A DNA stretch of 32,000 bases from Propionibacterium freudenreichii subsp. freudenreichii. Its GTDB lineage: Bacteria; Actinomycetota; Actinomycetes; Propionibacteriales; Propionibacteriaceae. Shown here piece after piece: positions 27,045 to 32,000 of the stretch. Numbering within the stretch: the first letter of the stretch is position 1; each line of letters starts with the position of its first letter. The notes beneath the pieces were generated by a model, which searched no databases, was not told the DNA's origin, and saw nothing but the letters and a program-made list of their open reading frames with translations. The DNA is taken from NCBI RefSeq assembly GCF_000940845.1, contig NZ_CP010341.1, positions 870,001-902,000 on the forward strand, in the 5' to 3' direction. The translations under genes were made by a program, and so were the position numbers.

Positions 27045-28502
27045 TCAGTCGATGCGGGTCTCGCTGTGGTCACCGGTCCATTCGATGTGGAAGTGGCCGT
27101 GGTCGTCAACGCGCTCGTAGGTGTGTGAGCCGAAGTAATCGCGCATCGCCTGGGTCAGGGCGGCATTGACGCGGGGGGCACGTGCCATGTCGTAGTAGGC
27201 CAGCGTCGCGCTGAACACCGGGGCCGGCACACCCGACTCGGCCGCCTTGCTCACCACCCGGCGCCATGCCGACTGGTTCGCCTCCATCTCCGCGGACACC
27301 GAGGATGCGGCCATCAACGACACCAGGTCGGGATCGTCGGTGTAGGCCTGGCGGATGCGCTCCAGCAGCTTCGCCCGGATGATGCAGCCGGCCCGCCAGA
27401 TCTTGGCGGCCTCGGCCACGTTGATGTTCCAGTCGTATTCCTGCCCGCCGGTGCGGATCTCGTCGAAGCCCTGCGCATAGCTGACCACCTTGGAGCACCA
27501 CAGGGCCTTGCGGACGTCCTCGATGAAGGCGGTGCGATCATCCACCGACACGGTTCCGTCGGGGCCGGCCAGGTACTTGCGCGCGGCGGCACGCAGGTCG
27601 TCGTGACTTGATTCGGCGCGTGCGAACACCGCCTCGGCGATCCCATTGGTGGGCACGCCCAGCTCGAGGGCCGTCTGCACGGTCCAGGTGCCGGTTCCCT
27701 TCATCTGGGCGCGGTCCTTGATCACGTCGATCAGGTCGGCACCGGTGCGGGGATCCTTCTGGCGCAGCACGATGGAGGTGATCTCGATCAGATAGCTGTC
27801 CAGGTCGCCCTTGTTCCATTCGGCGAACACGTCGGCGCACTCCGCATTGGTCAGGCCGACGCCGCGCAGCAGCTCGTAGGCCTCGCCGATCACCTGCATG
27901 TCGGAGTATTCGATGCCGTTGTGGATCATCTTCACGAAGTGCCCGGCCCCATTGGGGCCCATCCAGGCGCAACACGGATCACCGTGGTAGTGGGCCGAGA
28001 TCGTCTCGAGCATCGGGCCGAGGATCTTGTAGCTCTCGGGGCTTCCGCCGGGCATGATCGACGGGCCCTCCAGGGCGCCGGTCTCACCGCCCGAGATGCC
28101 GGCTCCCACGAAGTGGAAGCCCTTGGCGGCGATGGCCTTCTCGCGACGGATCGTGTCGCCGAAATAGGAGTTGCCGCCGTCCATGATGATGTCGCCGGGC
28201 GACAGCAGTGGCAGCAGCTCATCGATCGTTGCGTCAGTCGGTGCGCCGGCCTTCACCATGAGGATGATCGAGCGGGGCGTGGCGATCGAGTTCACGAAGT
28301 CCTCGATCTTCTCGCTGGGAATGAACGAGCCCTCGTTGCCGTGCTCGGCGATGAGCTTCTGCGTGCGCGCGTAGGTGCGGTTGAACACCGCCACCGTGTA
28401 GTCGTGGTGGGCCAGGTTGCGGGCGAGGTTGGAACCCATCACCGCCATCCCGACGACGCCGATGTTGGCCTTGGTCTGACTGCTGGGGGCTGTCTGCGTC
28501 AT
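27045..28502 (-). CDS. gnd: 6-phosphogluconate dehydrogenase, decarboxylating (NADP-dependent)
   Basis: IGVVGMAVMGSNLARNLA Rossmann motif and canonical 6PGDH blocks (GGNSYF, ISGGETGA, GAGHFVKMIHNGIEY). 485 aa, with a GAGGAG RBS. Confidence 0.95.
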   Translation of the reverse strand: MTQTAPSSQTKANIGVVGMAVMGSNLARNLAHHDYTVAVFNRTYARTQKLIAEHGNEGSFIPSEKIEDFVNSIATPRSIILMVKAGAPTDATIDELLPLLSPGDIIMDGGNSYFGDTIRREKAIAAKGFHFVGAGISGGETGALEGPSIMPGGSPESYKILGPMLETISAHYHGDPCCAWMGPNGAGHFVKMIHNGIEYSDMQVIGEAYELLRGVGLTNAECADVFAEWNKGDLDSYLIEITSIVLRQKDPRTGADLIDVIKDRAQMKGTGTWTVQTALELGVPTNGIAEAVFARAESSHDDLRAAARKYLAGPDGTVSVDDRTAFIEDVRKALWCSKVVSYAQGFDEIRTGGQEYDWNINVAEAAKIWRAGCIIRAKLLERIRQAYTDDPDLVSLMAASSVSAEMEANQSAWRRVVSKAAESGVPAPVFSATLAYYDMARAPRVNAALTQAMRDYFGSHTYERVDDHGHFHIEWTGDHSETRID

Positions 28503-28607
28503 CCGTTATCTCCTCGACGAGTGCATGGTCGCATGGGCGGAGGGTGATCTCTCCGCGTCCAATCCATCATGCCATCGCCCGAGGTGATTGGTCCCTGCGT
28601 GCATCGT

Positions 28608-28655
28608 GCTGAAAGCGATCGCCCCGGGGAGTTCCCCGGGGCGATCGCTTTCAGC
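28608..28655 (-). terminator. Perfect 22-bp-stem hairpin downstream of pepN
   Basis: gctgaaagcgatcgccccgggg (28608-28629), loop agtt, ccccggggcgatcgctttcagc (28634-28655). It lies 59 nt after the pepN stop and upstream of gnd. There is no U-tract. Confidence 0.65.
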
Positions 28656-28714
28656 GTCGTGACGCTTCCGCTTCGTGGCAGTCGTGTTCGTGACAGTCGT
28701 GCGGTGGTGGGCGA

Positions 28715-31318
<2,604 letters not shown>

Positions 31319-31660
31319 CGTGAGGCTCCAAACTATTTCCGACGTGATGCCGTGCGCTCGTCGTCATGCGGTTGATCCCCAATTCAGCAGGTTCCACCCG
31401 ATGACGATCCGGCTCGGGGCCGCCATTCACATGTCGGTCCACCTGTGAGGCTATCGGTAAGGCAAGATGCAAGGCCACGCAGGGGTCGCGCGTCGCAGAT
31501 ATTTTTGCTTGTCAACTGCCTTTCAGGAAGCCCGAAACCCGGCTGCCCGGGCCATTTGATCCGGTAGTGGCCCGCGGCGCCGGGCGTCCGCCGGGGATTG
31601 CGTGGTGATTGTCACGGCATTGGCCTTGTTCCGGGCGCATGAACAGGCGAGGCTGTATGC

Positions 31661-32000
31661 ATGAGTGATTCGACGCAGACCGTGGACTTCTGGTTCGACC
31701 CCGCATGCCCCTGGGCATGGATGACGAGTCGCTGGATGCTCGAGGTGGAAAAGGTGCGCCCGGTGCACACCGTTTTCCATGTGATGAGCCTGGCGGTGCT
31801 CAATGAGGGGCGTGACCTCGATGCGGGTTACCGCAAGATGATCGACACTTTCTGGCAGGGTGCCCGTGCCTGCATCGGGGTGGAACAGGAGCACGGCCCC
31901 GAGGCGCTGCGCAATTTCTATACGGAGCTGGGCACGCGCTATCACCTCCACGACGAGCCGCGCGGCGACATCGAGGTGATCCGCGCGGCGCTGCGGGCAC
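31661..32000 (+). CDS. DsbA-family thioredoxin-fold protein, Rv2466c (mycoredoxin-2)-like; 3' end outside window
   Basis: Not in the ORF track because no stop is reached. The ATG at 31661 gives [53 protein letters not shown].... From memory this closely parallels the M. tuberculosis Rv2466c N-terminus ([21 protein letters not shown]...FHVMSLAILNE). GAGG lies about 8 nt upstream. It is divergent from pepN, as in mycobacteria. Confidence 0.8.
   Translation, partial: MSDSTQTVDFWFDPACPWAWMTSRWMLEVEKVRPVHTVFHVMSLAVLNEGRDLDAGYRKMIDTFWQGARACIGVEQEHGPEALRNFYTELGTRYHLHDEPRGDIEVIRAALRA

Overview
This is a high-GC actinobacterial chromosomal window; a Propionibacteriales-like origin is only a guess from gene content. 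The local gene pairs look like conserved core genome: orn with tRNA-His, an ssb-like gene with ettA, and pepN divergent from an Rv2466c-like DsbA protein. I support 23 protein-coding genes and one transposase pseudogene. I also support 2 tRNAs (His-GTG, Arg-TCT), one intact IS481-family element with a perfect 6-bp CCTAGC target duplication, and one 365-bp decayed IS481-type remnant. The remaining features are a 15-bp in-frame tandem repeat and six hairpin terminators. Gene order: HD hydrolase | IS remnant | tRNA-His, orn, MFS | tRNA-Arg, PrsW protease, GTPase, GTPase, alpha/beta hydrolase | IS481 | ssb-like, ettA | dhaKLM | GalT-like HIT enzyme | dcp | FAD/Fe-S oxidase, marR | fadD, double-hotdog thioesterase | pdxK/thiD-like, gnd, pepN | dsbA-like (partial). 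I saw no CRISPR array, rRNA, integrase or prophage genes, recognisable toxin-antitoxin pair or known defence gene. The best candidate for an undescribed functional module is the co-directional PrsW protease, paired P-loop (dynamin-like) GTPases and serine hydrolase cluster, whose last three genes are joined by ATGA overlaps. Its composition and neighbourhood look like core genome, so I rate the evidence for a truly novel accessory system as modest. The many long antisense ORFs in the track are GC-driven shadow frames.
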